Below, in pieces: positions 49,401 to 62,587 of a stretch of 64,000 bases of DNA. Numbering within the stretch: the stretch's first letter is position 1; each line of letters begins with the position of its first letter. The notes beneath the pieces were generated by a model. That model did no database searches. It saw nothing but the letters and a program-made list of their open reading frames with translations, and was not told the origin of the DNA. The stretch lies in the NCBI RefSeq assembly GCF_018350175.1, contig NC_058368.1:17548001-17612000 (forward strand), given 5' to 3'. This DNA comes from Felis catus (taxonomy: Eukaryota). The translations under genes were made by a program, and so were the position numbers.

Positions 49401-50747
49401 TATGGTGGAAATGAGCTACGTATCCCTCAGTGCCCTCACCTAGGGCACGAGAGCCAGATGGGCACTTATGGGATCTCAGGGCATATGAAACAATTACAGT
49501 GAATATGTTCCTGTTGTGGTTGTATTTCGGGACTGTAAGTACATTTGCCAAAACGATTTCAGCAAAGGGTGACTCATTTACAGTAAACAGTTTCCTCTTG
49601 ACAGTACCTTAAATTAAATTCTGAAGAAGAAAGTGGCGAAGAAATCTAAGTGACTTTCTTTGGCCGCAAAGAATGCTTCAAAGCTTTAGTGTGTGCCGTG
49701 TTACAAAAATGTAATCCATTAGCTTCAAGAAAAGTTGAGATGACAAGAGAACTAAAATATAAATATTTCTGCCCCTTGTATATTACTGGTAAGCCACGCA
49801 GCTGATCACTTTCAAATCTGCACAACCAGAAAGAACTAGTGATTTCCTTTGAGCATTCATTCCCATTCCTCGCCTGGAATAAGGAAAGGAGATGACAGCC
49901 TTCGGTTGTCAATTTCATTCTATTTAGTTGTTGCCCAGGGGAACTCTGGTAATGACATAGTTTCTTTAGCATCATTTAATAAAGAGGAGGGACATGACCC
50001 TAAATATGAATGTCAGGTCTTCAACTTAAAGGTTAATTTATAAGGACCAGTGCTATTATTTGTAAAAGAAAAGCGGCACAAAGTTGATGCGTGTAATATT
50101 TTCAGCGTGTGGTATTTAAAAGACCTCTCTCCCTAGAAATCCTTACTGCCCTATACTTGAGCCAGAGTGCACAGTCCATCTTCTAAAGCTGGAGCGATTC
50201 TTATAAGCCACAGAGATATCCCTAGTTAGTGAATGGTTTGCCTAAAGAGAGCTTTCTAAAAGGTATAATTGTTCTCTAATGGGATTCAGACTTCTTGGTT
50301 CTCACCACTTCCTTACAGACAGTGACTTTACTTCTTTTTAGACAAATATGTTGTCAGGCGTGTTTAAGGCTGGGAACCTAAGAGCTAATCAGGCACACAA
50401 AAACCCAACGGGTTAGTACTTCTTAACCATTGCTACACAACCCCTGGGAGTTCATAGGGTAATTGCAAAAGATCTACAAATATAATATGTACAAAGTATA
50501 TACTTCACACACAGATATGTACTATTATTTTTCAAGTGTGCGTAGGCGTGTGCGTAGGCTACGGTGATAAAATACATTGCAATTTTAAAGCACTATTGAG
50601 CTCATAATAGCTTTTTTGTTCATGATACTTTTTTAATCAATAGGTAGAAGAAAAATGATCAAAATATCATTTATAAAATTAAAAAATAAATTATGTGGCT
50701 CCAAAAATTTAGAAACTACTATTACACATCGAGTTGATTGATTAAAG

Positions 50748-50990
50748 CAGTGGTTTTTCAGCTCTTAATCATACATTACTATCAGTTTAAAAAATCGAGC
50801 TCACACATGCCAATTAATGTATCTTTACTTATAATCGATATGCATATACAGCTATGCTAATATATTTCTGTGCTGTATAAAAGTGTATAAAAGAAAATTT
50901 TAAATAATCATCTAAAAAATAAATATAAGTATTAAAATTTTCTTCCAGCACTCCTGAAAGCTGATAGCTCCATTTTCAAAGATCATTGGA
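50748..50990. mobile_element. hAT-Charlie-type MITE relic
   Basis: CAGTGGTTTTTCA start and TTTTCAAAGATCATTG end form degenerate TIRs around an AT-rich interior. Confidence 0.5.
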
Positions 50991-52494
50991 CAGAAAGAGA
51001 GAAAGATATGAGGGGTTGCCTACAGAAATAGGAGGAATGAAGTTAGTATATTCTGGGAGAAACTGTACAGGTCAGTTAGACCTTGTGGAGAGGGTATCTG
51101 GGCACTGCTGACTTATTAAATTTTCTACTGACTCTGGCCATTAGCATAGTAATAAATCACAAAGGCACACATCCACATTGTCTCACCTGTTTTCCACATC
51201 AGCACTGCTGTTTGGAAAGAATTATATGCTGGAAAAGGAAAAACTCACTGTCCCGGTGCCCCATATGAACTGACCTGCATTGGGAACAATCTTGACAGCC
51301 TGCTGTGTCCTTTGGTTGCTGTCCACTTGATCATAACCCTGAGGGCTGGGCCTGTTATCAGCACAGCAGAGTGAACAGGGTATTTGAACTGGTCTCTATG
51401 GGGACACACTGGTGCCTCGCATGATCTCAGAGAATGAAATTTCTGACAAAGATGATAAATCCGGGTCAGTGTGCATTTGATTTATATCTTTCCAAGTTTG
51501 GAAGTAGGGGAACTATTTCACATCCCTCAAAACACTTGGTCACAAGGTGGAGGGGAGATGTTCCTGTTTGTAGAATATGAGGAGTTATCACTTGATGGGG
51601 AAAAGGCTGAAAAGCAAGAGGACCAGGACAAGGGGACCCTGCTGCAGCATTTAGCCAGAGTCAGCCAGGAAGCTGAAAGTTTTGAGTTGGATCACCAGGA
51701 TAAGGGAAGTCTTCTGAAGAGTCTGCCCCCGGATGGTGGGCCGGATGGGGAGAAAGTCTTAGGATAAGAGTCAGATTTAGAGGGTTCTTCTGTTTTTCCG
51801 TTATAAGGTCAAAGGAGTGGACTAATGAGAAGGGACACACAAGTGAGATCCCTATCCAGCCTCTTCTGAGTGAGGAAAACACAGCGGCCAGCCATGCTGC
51901 GGTGGGAGCCGTGCCTGGCTTGCAAAGAAGCTTGGGAGGACAGGAAGCAGAAAGGTATTCTCATCAGAATGAAGTGTTCTCAGAATGGGGATGGGGACGC
52001 TAATCTTGTGGCAATCGTGATAATTGATGAGGGGAGGCTGAGAGATACCTCTCTCTCATCTGAGGGTCACTGTCACTTCCATGTGCAACTGGCCTCAGAG
52101 TCGGGCTCTGAGTGAAAAATTCGGTTTGGCAGGAAAAGGCCAGGGTCATCTCTGCTAGAAAAATAATTTACATGTCTAAAACGAGGATTATTGGGAAATG
52201 ACCTGGGTTCCATTTCATCTACTTCTGGGCACTTTTCCTTGATTTCAAGGGCCAAAGAGAAAGAAAAGATAAAGGAGGATAAAGGGACTTATTGGGAAAT
52301 GACCGGGCACGTCACAGAGGATTCTTCCCTCAATGGGAAGTGAAAAAATTTCTCTGAGTAGATAGAAATGCAGGGACCATCCAACAGGCAGATCATGCCA
52401 TTTAAGACAATTAAACAACACATATCGAACAAAACTAGCAGTCAAAAAATAGCTTCTAAACACGGCTAAATGAAGTGGATGTGCATTTAAAAAA

Positions 52495-53000
52495 ATCATT
52501 AGGTTTTATAAACCAGGGTTTATGTCTCTGTTAACAAACAAGAAGGGATTTAATGGAAAGAATTAGGTGCTTTAAAAGCTGCGAGAAGCTGAGTCCGAAG
52601 GATTCACCGCAAGAATACTACCCCGGAACCAGCCCACCAGCATAACTGCTACCTCCAGCAGCATCAGGAAGAGAGGGGATAAGGAATGTGCAAGAACAGT
52701 TGATGACCACAGGGCCATGCTATCTTAGCCACGGTCTGGGGATCAGGGAACTACCACCAGAGCCATACGGAGCCTGTTAGATCTATCCCAGATCTATCCC
52801 CAAATAGACGACTGGCGTGCCTCTTTCTTCCCTTTTGACTTGTTTCAGAGTTTGAGTCCTGAACAAGTACACCTGAATGGGAAAAGTTAAATCACTCTGG
52901 CAACCTGGGTATTGTCGCCTCTGCAGAGAAGGAAGGGAGGCACGGTAGAAAGAGGAGGAAATCGCTGGTGACTCAGCCAATCTACTGTATCTGCCCAAAT
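52495..53000 (-). mobile_element. Old MaLR LTR (MLT1N/O-like); related copy at ~27335-27560
   Basis: AAGGGATTTAATGGAAAGAATTAGGTGCTT...GAACCAGCCCACCAG...CTGCTACCTCC resembles 27343 AAGAGATTTAAACGTGGAAAATGGGTGCTT...GAACTAGCCCACAGG...CTGCGACTTCT. Confidence 0.55.
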
Positions 53001-53554
53001 CTTGGAGGGGGGGGGGGCGGGGAATGAACTGGAATGTTTAATATTTTGCCTGTGTTAGTAGGAAAAAGTTATAAATAGCAGTCTCCTTATTCTTCTAGTA
53101 GTGTTACGTTGAAGAGATATAAGCAAAATATGGAGGAATGTTGAGTGAGAAGTATCAAACAAGGGAAGATTTATTTCATAGGAGAAGAAGTTTAACCAGT
53201 AGAATAAGAAAAGAATGTAAGTGAGAAAATGTAAAAGAAACAGTATCCCTAAGATCTGTGTTGCGGTGGCGGAGGGGGGCGATGTCTGAACACTGCTTCG
53301 TTTCCTCTCCCACCGACTCAGGGTGAGGCGCTGTTGGCAACTGGCAATATAGATCACATGGCCACACATTTGTATCACCTTGCTTGTTTCACTCATCAGA
53401 TTGCAAGCTGAAGGGACCATGGAATGGAAAGAGGCAAAAACTTGCCCTACTGGTATTATCTATCTTTCCCTGAGTTTGAAGCCTGAGACAGTATAAGAGT
53501 TTGGGGTATGCTCACAGTGGGAATGAAACAAACTCAACAAAGAACTCTTGCCAT

Positions 53555-53970
53555 GTGTGGCGTATGCTAGGGTCCGTCACTTGAATCCCCTCCTCTGGGT
53601 CAAAGCCCTCATTCCGCCAGCGACCGTGAGTATTAACTACTCACTCCCTCTTTGGGAATTGTCCTCCTGTGAAGCAGGAGCCTTGTCCAAGGTTATCCAG
53701 GAATGGGAGGGGGGGAGAATGATTGGCAGCTTACGTCATATAATCAGCCTCCTTACCTCAATTCCGGACCGTCTAAAACGCCCTCCTAGTCCCAAGCTCC
53801 GCTCAGGATGGGTGTTAGTTTCTGTTGCAACCCTACTGCCATTCAACTTTTCTCCTTGCTTCTCTCAGCTTTGCTTCCTCACTTCCTCACAAGTATTATC
53901 CAGAGCTGTCCCCAACAATACTAGCATGCCAAATCTTTGACTCAGTTTCCCTGAGAATACCACTAAAGAC
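53555..53970 (+). mobile_element. LTR16-like solo LTR
   Basis: TGTGGCGTATGCTAGGG...AAGCCCTCATTCC...CATGCCAAATCTTTGACTCAGTTTCCCTGAGAATACCACTAAAGACA. Confidence 0.65.
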
Positions 53971-56900
53971 ACCAGTAAGACACAACAGGAATCTCGGCAC
54001 ACGGTTGTGAGGAGTGTGTTTTATCCAGTTGAGAATGTCTGATTATAACTGACCGGCTGGCAGTGTTGCCTTGCCAAGGTATGTTTCCATGAGAAACTGA
54101 GGGTTTGGGGCGAAAGAAATGTGACTGAACACCAACAGGTTGATTGCCAGCTTCAGAGTAAGAGAGCACAGCTGTTTACAAAAATAAGAACCATCCTCTT
54201 ACCCATTTTTCTATGCCCTTTTGGTCCTGTTCTGACTCTACCGGATGGGGAAGGAGCTTACCAAGATGGGAGAGAAGTGGGATAAGGACTCAGGGTATGT
54301 GAGATTGATCAGGGTGAAAATGTATGGTTCTAGGAGGGAATCTGCTAGAAGCATCACCTGGAGACTAGATTCGGATAGAGCAACAGCCTGTTTCATCAGT
54401 GCAAATGACCTAAGTGAGAGGGAGAAATTATTGAAAGGAACTAAATAAAAGCTCTATTGCCCACTACAGTTTTTCTAGGACATTGAATGACTTGGTCCAG
54501 AAATTAGTTCCGGTATTTTTCATCTTAGCTGTTACTTTGGAAATTGTTGGAATGGGCAGAAGCTACTAGAAAAGGGCAAGTTTGACAGCATCAATGTTGG
54601 TGCCCATTGGCAGTAACAGCAACGCCTCCGCTCCCCTGGGAGCACCGGGGCCACCGTCCATCAAGAATGTCAGGAGTAGGTTAGCATCACCACAGAGATC
54701 CAGAAACCTGGATGGATTTACCTAACACTGGGCCTCCGGTCCTCTAGCTATCTGCTGCAACAGGAAGAAACGGATGAATGCTGCTGTTTTATTCTATCAC
54801 ACCCTCAAAGTCCGGGACTGTCCAGTGACACCAATTTAACCTGATAAGAACATCTCAGAAGCTGATCTCTCACCCTCCTGACTGACGCACTCCCAAACTT
54901 TTGGAGGCTTAATTAGTCCAGGTATAGGACCAAGAAACACGATTGCTCACCTGCTTACTTTTCCTCTCAAGCTATTGTATTCCACCCCCAAAATTCTAGC
55001 TGTTCAAATGGCAATCCAGAGGCGGAAGTCAGAATGAAATTCATGGATTGTATTTTGTTGCTGGATGGCTCCACTCTGGATAGGTAATAGCAATAAATAC
55101 ATAAATAAAATAATGAATTTAAGATAATAAAAGAGGCCAACCAGTTCCTGCAATCTTGGCAAGCAGTGGAAATGAACCAGAAAAAAAACAAGTCTTATAG
55201 ACAACATTTTGGTTACTTAAAAAAAAAAAAAAAAAAGTTCAAGTCCAGTCTCACAAGCAACAAGATTTACAGCAGCACAGGGAATTAGGTATTTGTTAGG
55301 TATTTGGTGTCACAGTCTCTGTGATTATTATAGAACTTTATTATCGCAAATGCATCCACCTAATTGCACCCTGCTTTCTAAAGAAAACAGACCCAGCTGC
55401 CCTAGAAAAGCCCACAAATGAAAAGGGAGTGTAAACAGAACCAGGGTGAAACATGAAGCCTCCTAGGAGGACAACAGGAGGCCACCTACGTGGTTGGGCA
55501 CCACTGCTGCTCTCCCTGGCGTCGTTCTGGGATGAACTGAGTGGGGCTGGCATGACTCCTTCCAATGGGCTTGACTAACACACCAAAGACAACTCGTGGC
55601 TCCCTGAGTCCTTCTGGCTCTCTCACTGCCCATTCTTTATGTCTTCTCCGCATTTCCTTTGAGCATCCAAGACGTCTTCTCAGACGTTTACTTTGGGCTT
55701 GTAGTTGTTAGTCCCCTGCTGACGGTGACCCACTTGGGATGATAACGTAGGTCACCAGGTGTCAGGCGATGGTACAGCAGGTCGGGAAGTGCTGTACCGA
55801 AGTGAGAGATGGAAACTGTTTTGAGACGAGAGGCTGCTAAGTGTTTGCCTCTGCCACTAATTAGCTGGGCAATTCAGAATCCAAGAATCTCTCCAAGCCT
55901 CAATCTCCTTCTGTATAAAATGAAAAGGAGGATCTTTTAGGAGGCTCTTTAATGCTAACATCCTATGACAGAAGTCTGCTTTTGAACAGAATCCGAGAGG
56001 TCAGAATGTGAGACGTAGACTAAAAATAACCGCACAAGCATATGAAAAAGCGGATCAAAGAGAATGACAAACCTGAGGTGCCGCTCCTTAGTCCCAGCAG
56101 CCATTAAAGTTAATAACAGACAAATGAAACCCAAACGACACGCAGGTTCAGACAATTTGAGGTATAAATGGTCCAGTACTTGGCTTATGCCCCTCCCCCA
56201 TTTCATCACCGTGTGTACCATTTGTTAACGATTCATCGATCCGCTTCTAACTTCATTTTGAAAAGTGCTCAGCAAAAAGGAGCCCTCATTACCTGCCACT
56301 TTCTGCAGCCTGAGGAAGCCTATTTCTGTCTGCTGAAACAGTTGGCGGTGGGCTCCTGATGACCGCTCCGCACTCCGTCCTTGTCAGAGCGGAGCAAGCC
56401 CCTGCGATGTGCTGATAGCCTGGGCCTGATTATCTTAAGGTCCTGCTTTAACCCTTTGAAGTCCATAGGCAAGCACTTACAAAAACCATAAATGATTCCG
56501 AGAGAGAAGAATTGAACCCTGCTTCCCCAGAACAAGCCCACGTGATGCCTCTGCATTATACTGATCGCCCGCTGTCTGCAGCCCACCTGCAGCCCAGCCT
56601 GAAGAAACAGCATCCTGGTAGCACCGCTGGGGTAATTCGTTCCCTCCCGCGTCCTTTCTCCCTTCTCTCCATCTCTACCTACTAGTCAAAACAATCATAG
56701 GAAGCTCTCTTTTCAAACAACTTTTTTCCCCTTCTTTCTCCCTCTTCAGGCTAACCTGCCAACTGCAAGCATTCATCAATCCTTAATAAAGTAATTTGTA
56801 CTGAGCCTCAGCGGAGGTTCTCAAAGGACTTTGCAAGCATCAGCTCGTAAATCTTTACCCAAGAACTTTATTATGGTATCCAAGATGGAAAAACTAAGAC

Positions 56901-57704
56901 ACAAACCTGTTAAGAGTGTCTCAAGGTCCCATGGTGAAAAGTACAGCAAAATCCTTAAGGTTGCTCTGCATCCTTAAGCCTTTCAGGCTAAGGGGAGAAG
57001 GGGCTCAGTGCCCAAGTCTGTAGTGCCAGGTACTGTCCCCTCAGATGTGGCCTGACGCTGGCCTGTCTCTGCCTGCTCACTGCTCACCATCTCTGCAAAG
57101 ACAAGACCTCACCGGGAACCTGCTGCCTCTCCCGTACTCCCCATCGACAGATAATGGTATCTCCAGTCCCACCAGGGGTTTCTCGGCCTCGCTTCATTCT
57201 GTCACCAATTCCTATTAATCCTGTCTCAAAGATCTCCCCAAATCCATTCCCTTTCCTCGTCAGCTGTTGCTGCCTCCAGTAAATCCCTTATTATCTTTCC
57301 CACGGACTTTTGCATCAATCTTCTAAGTGACTTTGTGCTCTGTCTCCCCTCTCTAAAGCATCTTTTACTCCACCTTCTGTAGAGCCACTTCTAAAACGCA
57401 ACTATGAGCATGCCACTCCCTTTCTTACAAAAACATATCATCTTCCTGCAACCACAGCAGTCGATTGAGCCACTGAAGTTGCATCAAAAATGTACGCCCA
57501 GATTTTGTAAGCTTAAGAAGCCCTTTCGTCCTCTTGGTTTTCAGAGAGTCCACGGGTATTACATTGGATGCATGTGTCATGTGATCACTGCTTGTGCTAC
57601 TTCCTACAACACAGACTTGGTCGCGATCAACCCCACCTCTGCTGCTTCAGCCCGACCCACACCCAGGCCACTGTCCGAGCACAGTTCTATCACAGGGCCA
57701 CCAG

Positions 57705-58158
57705 CCATATTGTTAATCTCATCTGGGCACACCTTAGAAACACCCAGAAATAATACTTAATCTGGGCACCCTGTGGCTCAGTCATATTGGTATATAACAT
57801 TAATCATCGCAGAGAGAATCCATATCTTTGCTTTTTCCAGTTTCTAGAGGCCTCTTGCCTTCCTTGATTTATGGCTTCTCCCTCCTTCTTCAAAGTGAGC
57901 CATGGCCAGTTGAGTCCTTCCCGACGGAATCACCCTGAGTGCTTCCCCCTCACATCTCCTTTTCTGACTCTGACTCCTTGTGACTACAGTAGACCCACCT
58001 TGATAATCCAGGATAATCTCTTAAACTCAAGGTCAGTTGAGAGCAACCTTATTTCCATCTTAATTTTGATCCCCTTTTGCAATATAAAGTAGGATATTCA
58101 CAGATTCTGCAGATTTGGATGTGGACATCTTTGGGGCTCCGTCATTCTGCCTGCCATA
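57705..58158 (-). mobile_element. MLT2-like LTR fragment (57705-57810) abutting an MLT1C/D-like LTR (57811-58158)
   Basis: GTTAATCTCATCTGG..CACCCAGAAATAAT..ATTAATCATCGCA; then GGATAATCTC..ATTCACAGATTCTG..GTGGACATCTTTGGGG..ATTCTGCCTGCCATA. Confidence 0.8.
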
Positions 58159-59819
58159 GCAGGGTGTGAACAGAGGCTTATAGATGGCAGAATCGTGAAG
58201 AACGGGTAGCAGGGCAAAGATAGAGTGGAGCCCCTCACCTGAGCTCGTGGCCTCTGCACTTCACAGAACTGGGTTCGGATCTCAGCCGTACCACCTGCAG
58301 CCCCATGACACTCAGCAGGTCGCTTCACATCCATGAGCTCAATTCCGTCATCTGTGAAGGGTGAATTAGTGTGCCTTAATAAAAGTACCTTAGCACAGAG
58401 CCTGAACAGAAGAATAACAATTATAGCACCTACTATTTTTGAACTCTTCCTAAGTTCTCGATAAAATTGTAGCTATTGTTCTGATGATGATGTGATGGCT
58501 GCTGAGAGCCCGAGTTGAAGTCTTGTGAGTCAACAATCCGACAACAGGGACTGAAATCAAAGGATTAATATAGCCAAGCTCTGGAGCCTGTGGTGGTCTC
58601 AGCAATAATCATACTAAACTGGCCTGAGGGCATCTGCTCCAGTTAAAGCCCAGAAATATTTTTTCTCTCTGTTAAATTATCTATTGTGTCTCACTCTACT
58701 TTCACTGCCCCTTAGGGCTTCAAAGACCATAGCTAGCATTTTACCTGACTCTTCAAGTTTATTGTCTCTAGAAGCATCTCTCGATGCATAAAGAAGTTCA
58801 AAAGCACATCCAAATGACCAGGGCTTAGGACCTGTGTCTCCAGCCGTCTCTTTGTCACCTACATGGTTGAGTATAGGTGGTAGCCTTGAAGTGATTAAAA
58901 AGAATATCCCCACGTAAAACACGCCCTCTTCATCTCAGAAAGAACACTCTGTGAAATAGTGCAGCTAATGGCATATTAACGGACAGAAATGATTTAGCAA
59001 CTGTCATCATATAACAAAATAATGACATCTTGAGTTTCAGGGAGAGACTGCCTTACTAGAAGAGAATATTCCAAAACTACTTAGACAAAGTAGCAACTCT
59101 ATACTTAAATCAAGTGACAACTAAATGTGAATATCATTAAACAGCTAAGAACACTTGCATACATCTCCTACTTTGTTTCTGGTAACATTAAAGAGGCTTC
59201 CGATTTTAAAATTTGCCCTGTGTGCTAAATTATTTGTTGTGTTCCTCCGTACTATCCCTGCCTCCCGACTCATTTAAAATATAGCACAATTATAAAGTCA
59301 AAGTATCTAGAGTAGAGATGGTCGCTGGTCGGGACTCCTGCTGTCCGTCCGCTCCTCGCGCCCCTCAATCTCATGACAAGTATAACTCATCAATAAGCTG
59401 CAGAATCTCGGTCAATTCTGCTCTCCAGGCAGGCAGTACAAATCTTGTGGGGTGGCCCGCGAGGTAAAAGTGAACAGACCTCCCTGAGCTACAGCACTTC
59501 AGTTATATGGGTGAAAAGTTGCTGAATCCTGCAGCTATTAACATCAAAGAACAAAGAGTTACTCACATCTTATGGAAGCAAAACCAGCAGCCGAGATCAT
59601 ACAATAAACTAGGATATGCTTTTTAAAAATCAAGTTTTCGTTAGTTACATACGTAGCTCATTCAAATATTTCACACAAGGTTCGAAATCTCTTTTGTCAC
59701 CTGCGTAATCTCAGTAGCCTATTTTCCAGATCTTTTCCTATGTATTTAAACACATACACTTACACACAAAGAAATGCACATTATTGTTAAACATTAGCTG
59801 GAGTCCTATAAACCAAGTT

Positions 59820-61760
59820 GGAACTCTGAAAGGTTAATGAAGGAAGCATATAAATATGTCACAAAATAAGATGTACAAATGACTAATAAACGTTTGAAAA
59901 AACATCCAGCGTTTTAAGATCAAAGAAATGTAAATTAAAATAAGTTATTGTTCTTGGTATTACATTGTCACAGGTCTGTTTTACCAATATTGGCAAGGAT
60001 ATAGTGAGGCGGGTCCTCTCGCAACACTGATGAAATAACCAACTGCTATAGCTTTTCTGAAAGGCATTCTACGATCGTCATCAAGGAACTAAACAAATAT
60101 TTAGACCTCCGACCTTAGTAATTTTATTATAAATACTTACTAGATGTGGTTTAAAAATATTTGCCTGAATGTTCACCTCATTATTTATAATAATTATACG
60201 TCATATATATAGTATTTGTAATGGACTCCTTAGAGAAGTTATGTGATTTTTATAGGACATACAATCATTACAAGGAGAAATTTTTGAATAATTTTAAGTA
60301 ATATGAGTAAATGGGTAAAAAAGAGAAAGTGCATGATAAGAGTGTATATCCAGCGATACTCATTATGTAAAACACAAACACACACGCAACGAAAACTACA
60401 ATAATAGAAAACGATAACAGCAATTATCTTCCTCCAAGTGAGATTGCTGTTGATTTTTATGTCCTTCTTTGTACCTTTCTAAATTTTGTACATTTTCTAC
60501 AGTGAATGGTTTTTACTTTTATGATACAGAATATGTATTATTTTTAATTTTTTTAATGTTTATTTCTGAGAGAGAGACAGAATGTGAGTGGGGGAGGGGC
60601 AGAGAGAGAGGGAGACACGGAATCTGAAGCAGGTTCCAGGCTCTGAGCTGTCAGCAGAGTCTGACACAGGGCTCAGATTCATGGAGCACAAGATCATGAT
60701 CTGAGCCAAAGTCGGATGCCTAACCTACTGAGGCACCCAGGCACCCCCCATAATACAAAATATTTATAAAACTAGTTAAGAGATCTTGCCATGTTTGGAA
60801 TAAACAAAGATTTCTTAAATAAGGTACAAAACATCCTAAATATAACATAAAAAATATTGATGCAATGGAAAACCTTAACACTAAGGTAAGAATTTGTGTT
60901 TATAAAAATGTAATAATGAAGAGAGAATGGAATCCACCGAGTAGGAAAATATACTGTAATATATATATACATATATATCTAAATAGAAATACTTATTTGT
61001 CTTATATTAATCTGGCATATATTCTTTCCCTAGATAGATAGATAGATAGATAGATAATATAAATAGAGATCTATCTATTTAGAGAAATTTATAGAAAACA
61101 GTACAAAAAAGTCAAAGAATAAAATCTTCAAGCAAACAAAAGACTTGAACAGGCACTTCGCACAAGAGGATATCCAAATAATCAATAAAGATATTCAAAG
61201 ATGCTCACAATCTTAGGCTCCAGAAACATAAATAAACAGACCGGGGTGCCACAATATACTCACCAACACAGTTAAAATAAAAAAGATAAAAAACTACAAA
61301 AACGTATGTGGAGTACTAGGAAACCTCACACACTGCTGGTGGGATGGCACATTGGTACAGTGACTTCGCAAAGGTGTTTGTCAGTGTCCATTAAAGGTAA
61401 CTGTATACACATCTATGACTTGGCAAGTCCACTATCTGATGCCTCGTCGACAGAAATGCATACGCATGTTCGCTGAAAGGCAAGTATTGGAATGTTCGTG
61501 TCAGTACTGCCTCAATGCCCATCGACAGTAGAAGAGAAACATAAATTGCAGAATATTAACACAGCGGAATTCAGGCAAGGAGGATAAAAAAACACCCACA
61601 ACATGGAGGAATTTCACAAACATAATGTTGATTGAAAGAAGCCAGTCTCAAAATAGTACCTATTGCATGATTCTATTTACATAGGGACAAAAACAGGCAC
61701 AACTAATCTATGGTGGGGTAGTGACTGGAAAGAACCATGGGCGATTTCTGCTGCTAACAC
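59820..61760 (+). mobile_element. Old L1M/L1ME fragments with a Can-SINE (60540-60748, -) and a (GATA)n tract
   Basis: ATCAAAGAAATGTAAATTAAAA; AAGACTTGAACAGGCACTTCGCACAAGAGGATATCCAAAT; CACACACTGCTGGTGGGA; AAAGAAGCCAGTCTCAAAA. Confidence 0.8.
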
Positions 61761-62349
61761 TGTCTGCATGAGCTGAGATTTCTTGTTATTACATCACGGC
61801 TTTGAACCTGGAAGAGGATTAGTCTTGTGGCTCACGTTAGCTATTCGCAGTCAGCTTGGTCTTTAACTCTCACTGAGATCCATCACTTGATTCCACATTA
61901 CCTTTCTTTGTTTCTTAAGATACGTGCAGATATGTTCTGTCTGCATCGAAAGCCCTTTGAATTCAATAGGATCCTAAGACGTGAATATGGCTTGTATATG
62001 TTGATAATTTTGAACATGATGAAATTTTACATTTTCCCCTTCATTTTTAGGGTCATATATCTCTTTCACCTTTAAAAGATTAAACAACTGAGTTTGGATA
62101 GCTCTAACGTTTTGCCTAACTGTGGTAACAACATATGACATCGTTCTACTGAAGAAGCCCAAACCTGTGTCATACATAATTTTGCTTAAAGGAAGCTTTT
62201 TAGCCAAAAATCTTGTAATGTAAAATATTTACAAATTAAATTATATTTTTATTTTTTAGAAAAATACATGGTAGCTGTGACTTAAGCTTAAATACAGACA
62301 TAGATTCCAATCCAAGTTGTATTTTTCAAGAGTTACAGAGCTTGGGGCT

Positions 62350-62587
62350 TTTGTCTTTTTCTTTTCTTTTTTTTTTTTAACGTTTTTTTAAAATTATTTT
62401 TGAGACAGAGAGAGACAGAGCATAAAAGGGGGAGGGGCAGAGAGAGAAGGAGACACAGAATCGGAAGCAGACTCCAGGCTCTGAGCCATCAGCCCAGAGC
62501 CCGATGCAGGGCTCGAACTCATGGACCGCGAGATTGTGACCTGAGCTGAAGTCGGACGCTTAACCAACTGAGCCACCCAGGCACCCC
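62350..62587 (-). mobile_element. Can-SINE (SINEC_Fc-like)
   Basis: Reverse SINE; TSD CTTTTGTCTTTTTC. Confidence 0.95.

Noticed and set aside
49430..49612. ORF ending FLLTVP, reminiscent of GPR141 TM2
   Set aside because: Only a 6-residue match followed by a stop, with no flanking similarity.
51471..51767. 98-aa acidic ORF with repeated DQDKGTLL/HQDKGSLL
   Set aside because: Non-ATG start, in purine-rich L2-like sequence, with no recognisable homology or splice context.
55004..55075. HSDFRLWI peptide resembling the dynein heavy chain HPDFRLWL motif
   Set aside because: An in-frame stop follows almost immediately and there are no other dynein-like exons in the window.
56720..56795. Plus-strand polypyrimidine/AG followed by AATAAA (mini terminal exon); similar isolated acceptors at 14298, 25398 and 62050
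   Set aside because: Isolated signals with no coherent plus-strand exon chain; expected by chance.
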